Positions 27,590 to 38,127 of a DNA stretch of 64,000 bases are shown piece after piece; the first letter of the stretch is position 1, and every line of letters begins with the position of its first letter. The notes under the pieces were generated by a model that had not been told where the DNA came from, did not search any database, and worked only from the letters and a program-made list of their open reading frames with translations. The DNA comes from Hemiscyllium ocellatum (taxonomy: Eukaryota): positions 2,119,363-2,183,362 of the forward strand of contig NC_083433.1 of NCBI RefSeq assembly GCF_020745735.1, in the 5' to 3' direction. Both the position numbers and the translations under genes were made by a program.

Positions 27590-27942
27590 CAGAATCCCTA
27601 CAGTGTGGAGGAAGGCCATTTGGCCCATCAAGTTCACACCAACCCTCTGAAGAGCATCCCACCCAGACCCAACCACCCCCATCCTATCCCTGTAACCCTG
27701 AATTTTCCATGACTAACCCACCCAGCCTTTACATCCCTGGACACTATGGGCAATTTCCCATGACGAAAACACCCTAACCTGTACATCTTTGGACAGTGGG
27801 AGGAAATCAGAACACCTGAAGGAACCCCATGCAGACATGGGGAGAATATGCCAACTCCACACAGGCAGCTAACTGAGGGTGGAACTGAACCCGGGCCCCT
27901 GGCGCAGTGAGGAAGCAGTGCTAACCACTGAGCCACCGTGCA
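27590..27942 (-). mobile_element. HE1-related SINE
   Basis: tRNA-like head cacggtggctcagtggttagcact on the - strand. Confidence 0.85.
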
Positions 27943-28549
27943 ATTAATGGCTATGAGGTCTTGCTTGCTGGCTTGTTCTGCCTAATGAAGGGCCTCTTAG
28001 CAAGGGTCAGGCACCCTGTGGGCAGAAAGCCCACCCATCGACAACAAGCAGCCAATCGAACGTCAGCAGCTGTCAGGACTCACAGTTACCGGAGAGGCCA
28101 AGGATCAGCATGGATCCCAGGTCAATAGGCACACTGTCCTTGGGGCTGGTGGGAGAAGCTGGGGTGCATAGGCTTGTTTTTTGGGGTTGGAAGGAGGTTG
28201 GGAAGGTCACCCATGAGCCATCCTGGCTCCAGCCTCATTTTGACCAAGGTAGGAAAGTGGCAGAGAGTGGCCACCTCTTATTCTCCACTGGATTGTAACC
28301 CTGTCTTTGGGACGGCCATATAACCTTGAACAATCACTCCTCCAAACCCCAGCAGCCCCCTGCAAACCACGCCCAGCATCCTGCTCCCTGTCCAAAGTAT
28401 TTATTTACAAAGTCAGCCTTTTATTCCAATGCTCAGGGTTAGTCTCTCGATTTTGGAAGCCAGTGAGTGATATTTCCTAATTCACATCGATTTTCATTCA
28501 GGGGAGCAGGAAATGGTTACTCTGAATCCTACCCAAGGCAGCAATGCTG

Positions 28550-30523
28550 CTAATCCACAGTCAATGCGTACACATAAACAAACCTGCTGTCTTGGACTAC
28601 AATCAGATTGTCATCTGGATCAATGGTAAGGACCCGTGGCTTGGAAAGGCCATCGGCCGTGCTCAACAACTGCCTCTTAAAACTTCCCACAGGCGAAAAC
28701 ACCAGGATCCTGTTGGGCTCAGTGACATAGATATTGTCATTTGCATCAACACAAACACTGAAAGGATTAAGAGACCTCTGTATCCCATCCACGAAGCTCT
28801 CACTGCAGACGGTGACAAGGTCTCCGTATCGAGTGAAAATAACAACACATTTCTTCCCACAGTCAGATACAATGAATTCTTCTTCACTGTTCACTGCAAT
28901 GAAGAGAAATCTAATGCCATCATAACCCTTTGGCTTAATCCTGCCAACTACTTGGCCATTGAGATCATACAGAGATACAGAACATAATGTCCCTTCACTC
29001 ACAGCCACATATTCATCCTCATATGCAGCGATAGGGTATGCTGACTCCGAACCTCGGAGGCAAAAGCTTTTCACCAGCGATCCATCCATTTCCAAGTAGT
29101 AAAGCCTGTTTTTGGCAGAACATGCAATAATATTGTCACAGATGGCCACACTGCACGGGTCATCATCTTCATCTGGCAGCGAGATAACCTGATTCAATGA
29201 TCCACCATTCCAGTAACACTTCAGCACCGCATTCTCTTCATCTGCAACAATGATGTCCCCATCTTCCGAACAACAGATGCCTGTCAATTTGGGCATCGTG
29301 TTATACTCCAGCATGGTGTCAAAGTAATATTTCTGAACTGCCCATTGCGTGGGCTGAGCAACAGGCTGGTTTGGTGGCTGGGTTTCTGGAATGTGTGAAG
29401 CCTGCCCAGTACTGGGGACAGTCAGCTCAGACTCAGTTACTGCATCTTCACCCAAGGTGACTGTGAAGAGATGAGTTTCTGATATCATACTCCGGACAGA
29501 TTTGTTAACCATTAGCCTGGGGCAGGATTTGTTTAATTGTTGGATGTTGACTGGCTGCAATGCATGGATCTGATCTTGTATAACGCTCTCCAAACACACC
29601 ATCTCCTTCACATCAGAGCCCATTATAACCCTCACACCAAGTTCTTTCATGCTCTTTGTCTTCTCCTTCTGAAGCTCAAGGTTAGATTTGGCGGCTTTGA
29701 TGAACTCTTCCTGTTTCTTCACACACTCTGAAACAGTTTTTTTGATGGCATCTCCCTGTTTAAACAGCTCGTTTATAACCTCTGTCAGAGTGCTCTCTAA
29801 GCTGGAAATTATAGACAACTCTGTCGTTTTCACTTTGTCCATTGCTTCATTCAGTTCCTCCTCTTGTTGGGCCAGTGACTGGAGGTCAGTGCCGAGTCTT
29901 TCCACAAGTTTTATCACGGTGGGTTTCTTCAGCTTGGCTGCCTCAGCAATCCCAAGCCGTTTGTGTTTGATGCAGTCGTGGGAGTAACATTGCAAACAAA
30001 TGAGTCGGTCACACGTGCTGCAGTAATGACAGACTTGCTTCTTGGGGTGAAATTGGCAGGAGATCCTTTGCTGCAGAATCATCCCTGCATCAGCCTTATC
30101 CAGCGGGGTTGGGGCCAGGTCCAACACCGTGTGGGTGCTGTGGCTAATCCGATGACTGTCCCCACAGGCTCTGCACAGGTAACATGGACAACTGATACAC
30201 TGGGCCACTGCAGGGGTCTTGCCTTTCCAGCCTTGGGGACACAGGCTGCATCTCACTGCCTCCTTCTCCTGGCTTTGTAAGATATCCAGAAGGGAGTTAA
30301 TATGAAAGTTTGTCTTCAAACTGCTAATGCCTGCACTCACGTCAACGATGACCCGACACTCCGGGCAATGGATCTTATTGGCCTTCACCAGCTTTTTCAA
30401 GCATTCTTGGCAGTAGGTGTGTAGACAGGGCAGCATTTTCGGTTGTTCCATTGTATCAAGGCAGATTTTACAATTTAAAATATCACTTTGGATTTTATCA
30501 GTAATAGTGGATGAAGTGGCCAT
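28550..30523 (-). CDS. TRIM56-like E3 ubiquitin ligase (RING, B-boxes, coiled coil, NHL-like repeats), 657 aa, single coding exon
   Basis: RING CKICLD..LPCLHTYCQEC..CPEC; B-box1 CSLC..CISC..LCRAC..H..H; B-box2 CQFH..CSTCDRLICLQC..H..H; heptad coiled coil; NHL repeats (GDIIVAD, EFIVSD, DNIYVTE). First ATG at 30523. Acceptor tttcag at 30539. Poly(A) signals at about 28400 and 28420. No filamin domain. Confidence 0.93.
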   Translation of the reverse strand: MATSSTITDKIQSDILNCKICLDTMEQPKMLPCLHTYCQECLKKLVKANKIHCPECRVIVDVSAGISSLKTNFHINSLLDILQSQEKEAVRCSLCPQGWKGKTPAVAQCISCPCYLCRACGDSHRISHSTHTVLDLAPTPLDKADAGMILQQRISCQFHPKKQVCHYCSTCDRLICLQCYSHDCIKHKRLGIAEAAKLKKPTVIKLVERLGTDLQSLAQQEEELNEAMDKVKTTELSIISSLESTLTEVINELFKQGDAIKKTVSECVKKQEEFIKAAKSNLELQKEKTKSMKELGVRVIMGSDVKEMVCLESVIQDQIHALQPVNIQQLNKSCPRLMVNKSVRSMISETHLFTVTLGEDAVTESELTVPSTGQASHIPETQPPNQPVAQPTQWAVQKYYFDTMLEYNTMPKLTGICCSEDGDIIVADEENAVLKCYWNGGSLNQVISLPDEDDDPCSVAICDNIIACSAKNRLYYLEMDGSLVKSFCLRGSESAYPIAAYEDEYVAVSEGTLCSVSLYDLNGQVVGRIKPKGYDGIRFLFIAVNSEEEFIVSDCGKKCVVIFTRYGDLVTVCSESFVDGIQRSLNPFSVCVDANDNIYVTEPNRILVFSPVGSFKRQLLSTADGLSKPRVLTIDPDDNLIVVQDSRFVYVYALTVD

Positions 30524-30648
30524 CGTGTCATACACAGCCTGAAAGGAAAAGCAGAGTAAAACCTCACCAGGCTGATCTGGAGGAGCTGTGATTCCAGCAG
30601 ACGGCGGCGGCTGACTGTATCTGAACAGATTTCAGTGTAAATTTTGCT

Positions 30649-30686
30649 GAAACGAAACTGCAACTAAAGAGGGGGCGGGGCGGGGG
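30649..30686 (-). promoter_or_regulatory. ISRE (AGTTTCGTTTC on -) plus tandem GC boxes upstream of the TRIM gene
   Basis: GAAACGAAACT at 30649-30659; GGGGCGGGGCGGGG at about 30671-30686. Confidence 0.7.
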
Positions 30687-30982
30687 AACAGCGCCTGGAA
30701 ACAAACACAAGAGATTGAGTAAAAAAAGGGTCAGCTTCCGGGGTTCAGAGCATAGCACCCCCCCCCCCCCAAACACAAACAAAATGCCAGAAGCTGCAAG
30801 GGGGCAGATGCTGTTGCTGGGCTCAGGTGGAGGGTGGGACACAGAGACTGGGAGGGGGCTGGGGCAGAGGGATGGGGGGGTGTAGGGGAGAGGTTACTGC
30901 CCCCTCCCTCTGAGAGCCACTCAGTTACCCCCTCCCAGGGAGAGTGGGGGGCGGCTGCAGGGTCTCTGTGGCTGGTACTTAC

Positions 30983-31130
30983 CTGCGGCTCTCCCTGTCA
31001 GGCAGATTAGACCCCGCCTGCCTGAGGCTCACCCAGAGACAGGGAAGCACTCCCAGCCTTTGCTGCACACCCCCACACCCCCCCCCCCCCCCCCCCACAC
31101 ACACACACAGCAACGTGAGACAGTCAAGGA
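30983..31130 (-). other. Possible upstream non-coding exon of the TRIM gene
   Basis: Strong donor cag|GTAAGT on - at 30982 that could join the acceptor at 30539; 5' end uncertain. Confidence 0.45.
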
Positions 31131-31469
31131 CAGTGTGAAACTAACCCTTCCCTCCTCCGCCCCCAAACAACGCAGCAAACAGTAAACTCTATTCTCGCTT
31201 CACGTGTACTTCCAAAGGATAGCAAATGTTGAAAGCTGTTTGCAGTTTTAGTTCAATAAAACCTTATTGAACTAAATGACGGACTGAAACTGTAGGGTCA
31301 TAGTTCATGATCGCATTTTGTAAAGTGATCTATCGTTATAACAGCACAGGCATTTGGGAGTCCCAGCATATCAATCACAAAGTTCTAGCACCCTGCTTCA
31401 GTCAGGAATAGGGAAGGCTAATGGAAATGTTGGTCTTTATTTCAAAGGAATGGACTATAAAAAACAGGA

Positions 31470-32826
31470 GTAAAAAATGAGGTCTGCAGATGCTGGAGAT
31501 CACAGCTGCAAATGTGTTGCTGGTCAAAGCACAGCAGGCCAGGCAGCATCCTGATGAAGGGCTTATGCTCGAAACGTCGAATTCTCTATTCCTGAGATGC
31601 TGCCTGGCCTGCTGTGCTTTGACTAGCAACACATTTGCAGCTATAAAAAACAGGGTCCAATTCCTCCGTCTCCACCGTATCTGCTCCCAGGAGGACCAGT
31701 TCCACCACAGAACACACCAGATGGCCTCCTTCTTTAGAGACCGCAATTTCCCATCCCACGTGATTAAAGTTGCCCTCCAATGCATCTCGCCCACATCCCG
31801 CACCTCCGCCCTCAGACCCCACCCCTCCAACCGTAACAAGGGCAGAACGCTCCTGGTGCTCACCTTCCACCCTACCAACCTTCGCATAAACAAAATCATC
31901 TGTCGACATTTCCGCTACCTCCAAACAGACCCCACCACCAGGGATATATTTCCCTCTCCACCCCATTCTGCCTTCCACAAACACCGTTCCCTCCGTGACT
32001 ACCTGGTCAAGTCCACACCCCCCTACAACCCACCCTCCCATCCTGGCACTTTCCCCTGCCAACGCAGGAACTGTAAAACCTGTGCTCACACCTCCTCCCT
32101 CACCTCTATCCAAGGCCCTAAAGGAGCCTTCCACATCCATCAACGTTTTACCCTGCACATCCACCAATATCATTTATTGTATCCGTTGCTCTCGATGCGG
32201 TCTCCTCTACATTGGGGAGACTGGGCGCCTCCTAGCGGAGCGCTTTGGGAACATCTCCGGGACACCCGCACCAATCAACCCCACCGCCCCGTGGCCCAAC
32301 ATTTCAACTCCCCCTCCCACTCTGCCGAGGACATGGAGGTCCTGGGCCTCCTTCTCCGCCGCTCCCTCACCACCAGACGCCTGGAGGAAGAACGCCTCAT
32401 CTTCCGCCTCGGAACACTTCAACCCCAGGGCATCAATGTGGACTTCAACAGCTTCCTCATTTCCCCATCCCCCACCTCATCCTAGTTTCAAACGTCCAGC
32501 TCAGCACTCTCCCCATAACTTGTCCGGACTTGTCCGACCTGCCCAACTTCTTTTCCACCTATCCACTCCACCCTCTCCTCCCTGACCTATCACCTTCATC
32601 ACCTCCCACACTCACCCATTGCACTCTATGCTACTCTCTCCCCACTACCCCCCTCCCCAAGCTTATCTCTCCGCCCTTCAGGCTCACTGCCTTTATTCCT
32701 GATGAAGGGCTTTTGCCCGAAATGTCGATTTTACTGCTCCTCGGATGCTGCCTGAACTGCTGTGCTCTTCCAGCACCACTGATCCAGAATCTGGTTTCCA
32801 GCATCTGCAGTCATTGTTTTTACCTT
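31470..32826 (+). mobile_element. Penelope-like retroelement 3' part (RT C-terminus plus GIY-YIG endonuclease, frameshifted) with pLTR-type repeats carrying hammerhead cores at 31551 and 32699
   Basis: QFLRLHRICSQED, LVLTFHP, CKTC, CTSTNIIYCIRCSRCGLLYIGETGR, EERLIFRLGTLQPQGIN. Confidence 0.92.
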
Positions 32827-32919
32827 AGAAAAACAGGGAAGTCTTGCTAAATCTGTACAACTTGTAGTTAAACCATAGCTAAAACAGTTTTGATTTTATG
32901 TAAGGAAATATATATTGTA

Positions 32920-33390
32920 TTTTAATTGCAAAAATATACTTTACTCATAAAGGATCTTTATGTACAGAAACCAATAGTCTTTGCACGTTCACAGAGACAA
33001 ACATTGCCTAACATTTCTGATTTATATGGGACAATATTTACCTACAATCCCAATACCAAGAGGGTCCAATAACTGAATGGGCCCCCATTTACCCTCGGAC
33101 AGGGGTCTTTCTCCACTGTGCCTTGGTGCTATGTCCTAAATTATAGTGCATCCTTCACACGTAGGCCTGAACATTGGAAAGTGCCAGACTGCAACACTTG
33201 GTCAGGGTCAGCTCCTTGCTCTGGAAGACCAACACGTTTCGGGCAGATCAAAGAGCGTCTTTCACTGACTGATGGTCCTCCAGGTGCAGTTGATGTTTGT
33301 CTCGGTATATGTCCTTGTGAACGGACCGTAGAGCACAGAGTCCCCCGTCATGGAATTGCTCAGGATGAACCTTAGAACTGCATCTTTTGG
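32920..33390 (-). mobile_element. Tx1/L1-clade LINE 3' end (continues at 41500-42200)
   Basis: On -: DSVLYGPF..TETNINCTWRTI..VKDAL.SARN, contiguous with LEYAFVKEVWR from 41500-41540. Confidence 0.7.
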
Positions 33391-33450
33391 ATAGATTAAA
33401 TTACTTACAGTATGGAAACAGGCCCTTCGGCCCAACAAGTCCACACCAAC
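33391..33450 (-). mobile_element. HE1-like SINE 3' part (split by ERV; 5' part at 41267-41500)
   Basis: acttacagtatggaaacaggcccttcggcccaacaagtccacacc matches the other HE1 copies. Confidence 0.88.
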
Positions 33451-34025
33451 TGATAAGTTGGAAATAGATATAGTGACCATATAGAAAATGGAGCTTAGAA
33501 TGTTAACTAAAATGGCTGAAGCACATTGGCTGTATTGCCCAGCATGCTGAGCAAAACAAATTGCGAACACAGCAACTTGTAAGGATCCTTGCACAGGCTG
33601 GGTAAACATGTCCAATCCCACAGATCTGAGAATGACATAGTACATAGCACTAGGTCAAAGGGCAGCCATCAGAGGAGTACTGGTGCCTTACGGTCTAGCT
33701 GTAACACAGTAATGAGGTTTGAATGTTTACATTTAAAAGCATCTCTGAGATTTGACTGTTATTTTGAAAAGCAAGAGAAAATAATGGGGACTAATGTCTG
33801 ACTTTAAAGATAGTGTTAATATCTTAACCAGATGGCTGCTGGTGTCTGTGTGTTAGATTTAGAGCATTTTTGATGTGTAAGCTTACAATTAAGTATACTT
33901 TGATTAATATGCTTTGCGATAGCTTAATGACACGGGACTCTGTATTGCGTGAGAAGTTATGTATAAATGTAACAACTTTCCCTATCAACGGTGAGAGAAT
34001 CCACTCTTTAGTACCCAGCGTGGTC
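33451..34025 (+). repeat. 5' LTR, truncated at its 3' end (no U5/PBS)
   Basis: Colinear with 40537-41111, one mismatch seen (33565 G vs 40651 T); TATAAA at 33962. Confidence 0.95.
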
Positions 34026-35840
34026 ATCAAGTGCACCCCAGAAGAGATTCGCTTGACACAGAAAGGCCAGTACTCCGTCTGCATTCCAGCACGCTTTTGG
34101 GCACTTTTCCCTGACTCTGACAGTGACACCCAGACCCCTTTTCGATACCCTCCTCATGTAACGCTCTGTTACGATAAGTCAGGAGTTGACCAGAAAAAGG
34201 AGGAAAAGTTTGAATCCTTGCTAGGGAATCAGTATATATTTACACGATTGGCTAAAGTTAATGGGAAACAGGGTACGGCTTGGTACGTTTGGGTGCCACC
34301 AGAGCTGTGGGACCAAGAGCCCGGTATTGCCCCACATCAAACTATCTTAGTTCATAAGGGATATGTAGCAAAGGACTTAGGACCCATGGTAGCACAGGCT
34401 GTGGCCTTGTCAGATCTGAATGTAATGGGGTATCAGGACTTAAGAGACGGCCTTTCCATCGTCTACCTTGACCATCCCGAACCGGTATTGTCCACGCTAC
34501 GGCAGCATGAAGGTGGTTACAGCCAGGTCGAGATTGACCCTGCGGTCTGGGCCACCAACAAGTACTGTGTGGGTTTGGCAAAGGGAATTGCCCCTGTCAG
34601 TGTCATGTTAAGGCCAGGAGCACAGATCTCCAGTATTAAGCAGTATCCTATCAAGAGTCAAGCTGTGGCCCCTCTACGTGGCTTGATTGATCACCTACTG
34701 GCTCAGGGAGTTCTGATCGAGTGTCAATCACAAGCAAACACCCCTATCCTTCCCGTGGCTAAACCAGGTAAACCTGGCGAGTATCGCTTAGTTCAGGATC
34801 TCCGTGAAATTAACAAAATTGTGGTGCCCTTGCACCCTATCGTCCCTAATCCTGCCACCATACTTGCGGCAATCCCTCCAGAGGCCTGTGTGTTCTCCTT
34901 GATAGACCTACAAAATGCCTATGTTGCTATTCCCCTAGCCCCTGACAGCCAATATTTGTTTGCCTTTACCTTTTTGGGCAAGCAATATACATGGACGAGA
35001 CTACCACAGGGATTCTGTGATTCCCCCACAATATTTTCTCAGATCCTCCAAAGGCAACTAGATCAGATCCATTTGCCTTGTCAATCCACCCTAGTACAAT
35101 ACGTGGACGACCTTTTACTTGCCAGCTCTGATGCCCTGTCGAATGAAAAGGATACTAAGCATCTCCTCAACAAGCTGGCTGAGTTAGGTTATGTAGTTAA
35201 CTATGGCAAGGTCGTCGTCAGCCAACGTAAAATTAAATTCCTGGGGGTAGAAATTTCAGCGCATGAGCGTAGGTTGGCCCCGGATAGAATTGGTCCGATT
35301 GTCAATACTCCGGCCCCTACCACGGCTAAGCAGATGAGACGGTTTTTGGGATTAGTTAACTTCTGCAGACAATGGATTCCTAACATTGCCCCCTTAGTAA
35401 AGGTTCTCACTCCCTTTACCACTGAGCGACAGCCCTTCACTCTATCCGAAGCTGCACTTGAGACATTTAACCAGTTGAAGCAGGCGCTAATCAATGCTCC
35501 TGCTTTAGGGAGACCCCTCTATGATAGGCCTTTTCAGCTTTTTGTGGCCAGTACCTCAGGCTGCGCGGTTGCGGTTTTGACGCAGGACCATGGAGATTCC
35601 CGTAGACCGGTGGCATATTTTTCTACTAAGTTGGATTCTGTGATTAGTGGTCAGCCTCATTGTATTCAACAACTGGCTGCTACGTATTTGATGGTGTTGG
35701 CTGCAGCAAACACAACGCTCCAACAACCGGTCACTGTTTTTAGTCCTCATGCAGTAGTTTCTATGTTGGGCCAAATGCAGACGCAACACCTGACATCTGC
35801 CCGCCAGTCTCGGTATGAAATCTTCCTTTTAGGGAACCCC
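34026..35840 (+). pseudogene. pol: ERV pol, intact segment: protease C-terminal remnant, 2H phosphoesterase-like domain, RT and connection
   Basis: Open frame. PHVTL (His at 34155) and PHQTI (His at 34335). RT motifs QYPI, NTPILPVAK, YRLVQDLREIN, LPQG, YVDD (35100), FLGLVNFCRQWI. Confidence 0.93.
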
Positions 35841-36249
35841 TTAGAACATAGAACATAGAAGGATACAGCGCAGTACAGGCCCTTCGGCCCTCGATGTTGC
35901 GCCGACCGAATCCTACCTAACCTATACTAGCCCAATAACTTCCAAATGCCTATCCAATGCCCGCTTAAATGACCATAAAGAAGGAGAGTTCACCACTGAT
36001 ACGGGCAGGGCATTCCATGAACTCACAACCCGCTGTGTGAAGAATCTACCCCTAACATCTGTCCTATACCTACCACCCCTTAATTTAAAGCTATGTCCCC
36101 TAGTAACACCTGCCTCCATTAGCGGTAAAAGGTTCTTAGTATCTACCCTATCTAAACCCCTAATCATCTTATACACTTCTATCAGATCTCCCCTAAACCT
36201 TCTCTTCTCCAATGAGAACAGCCCCAAGTGCCTCAGCCTTTCCTCATAA
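35841..36249 (-). mobile_element. 5'-truncated CR1 inserted in ERV pol
   Basis: YEERLRHLGLFSLEKRRFRGDLIEVYK..FFTQRVV on -; (ttctatg)n tail at 35842. Confidence 0.93.
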
Positions 36250-38040
36250 TATTTGACTTTCAAATATTGTGCAAGTATTAACCCGGCAACTTTTATGTCT
36301 GACATCCCTGCTGAGACTCCTGTCCCCGTTCACGATTGCGCCAACAAAATCATGCTAGACACTAGGCCCAGATTTGACTTGACTGACCGCTCCTTCCCAC
36401 ATCCTGATGTCACTTTGTTCGTGGATGGTAGCTCCTCTGTAAACAAGAATGGAGAAAGGATGGCTGGATATGGTATAGTAGATGCGGGGGGTAGGATTGT
36501 GGAGCAGCATCGCCTCATACCCGCAGTATCCGCTCAGAAAGCTGAATTAATTGCATTAACTAGGGCATGTGAGTTAGTCTCCGGACTTACAGCTAATATA
36601 TATACTGACTCTAGATATGCCTTCGGGGTTGCCCATGATTTTGGGACATCGAGGCTTCCTCACCTCGTCTGGGACCCCTATCGTACACAGGGAGGAAGTC
36701 ATTAATTTGTTACAGGCCATTCAAAGTCCTCGCGAATTGGCCATTATTAAATGTTCCGCGCACTCTGCCGGAACAGATCCGGTTTCTATGGGAAATAAAC
36801 AGGCAGATGAAGTTGCTAAACAGGCTACGGAGCTCCCTGGCTCCTTAATGATGGTTCAGAGGAAATCTATTAGGGCCTCAGTTCCTGACAAGCCGCCTCC
36901 CTCCACCGCTGATATTGTTGCTTTACAGGGGGACGCCCCTGACAATGTACTTCATGAATGGACTGATCTGGGATGTTTCAAGGACGTTGACGGTCTTTGG
37001 TAAACCCCAGCGGGCCAGGTGTGTATGACTGATGTTTTAGCCGTCTGGGTGGTTGATGTTGTCCATCACTTAACACACTGTGGGGCTAGACAAACTGCAG
37101 ATTTAGTCTGGGAATCTTGGTGGCATCCCAGTGTTCTGCAATTGGCTAGAGCACAAACTAAAAAATGCTTGACATGTATGCAGCATAACCCCGGCAAGGG
37201 AGTCCCCTGTGAACAGGGTAGAACCCCGCTGCCTGAAGGCCCTTCGATACGTTGCAAATGGACTTCATTGAGCTACCCAGAACGGCCAAGTGTAAATATG
37301 TTTTAGTTATTGTAGATGTTTTTAGTAAATGGATTGAGGCTTATCCTGCAGCCGATAACAAGGCTGACACTGTTGTTAAGACTTTACTCAAGGAGATTAT
37401 TCCTAGATTTGGTGTGCCGCGGACACTCAGTTCTGATAACGGCCCTCGTTTTGTGGCCCTTGTTAGTCAAGAACTTTGTAAAGTTCTTAATATCAAGCAG
37501 CAGTTCCACTGTGCTTACCACCCTCAGAGCGCGGGAGTGGTGGAACGTGCTAATCAGACCTTGAAATCTAAATTGGCCAAACTGTCAGCTGACAATGGTC
37601 TCTCGTGGCTCCAAAATTTGCCCATTGCCTTGTTTCAACTCCGGGTGTCCCCGGCAGGAGCCCACCGTCTCTCCCTCGCCGAGATTTTGTATGGGCGGCC
37701 CCTCCGCACTCCCTTTAGCTCTGACTTCTCTGATTCTCCTGTTGACATCCATCAGATGTCAGATGGGATGATCTCCTATGTTTTATCCTTAACTGATGCC
37801 TTACGCATGAACCATGCGATGGTTAAAGCTGCCAGGCCTTTGCGGTCGGATTTGCCGTTGCCCCCAAATATCCGACCTGGCACCTTTGTATTGATCAAAA
37901 ACTTTGCCAGAAAGCACGGCCTGGAACCCTGGTGGGAGGGCCCTTTTCAAGTCCTCCTTACCACCCCTACTGCTGTTAAGGTTGAGGGTCGTAAAGCCTG
38001 GATCAGCCTACACCATTGCAAGCTTATTGGGGAGGAATGA
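36250..38040 (+). pseudogene. pol: ERV pol RNase H and integrase, with frameshifts (about 36645 and 37250) and a stop (37001)
   Basis: FVDGSS, SAQKAELIAL, IYTDSRYAFG; HHCC (HHLTH..CLTC); QMDFI, SDNG, ERAN (DDE); WEGPF. Confidence 0.93.
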
Positions 38041-38127
38041 GAATAAAGGGCAGCTACTGCTGTATGTATTTTCTCTTCCCTTGACATAGGTGCCACTAAG
38101 GAAGGAAGACTGAAGAAAAGTGAAACG

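Noticed and set aside
30524-30535. TRIM start at 30535 given by the ORF track
   Set aside because: It is a non-ATG codon; the first ATG is at 30523
33589-33801. 70-aa ORF duplicated in both LTRs (possible U3-encoded accessory gene)
   Set aside because: Short, non-ATG start and no motif; the duplication simply reflects LTR identity
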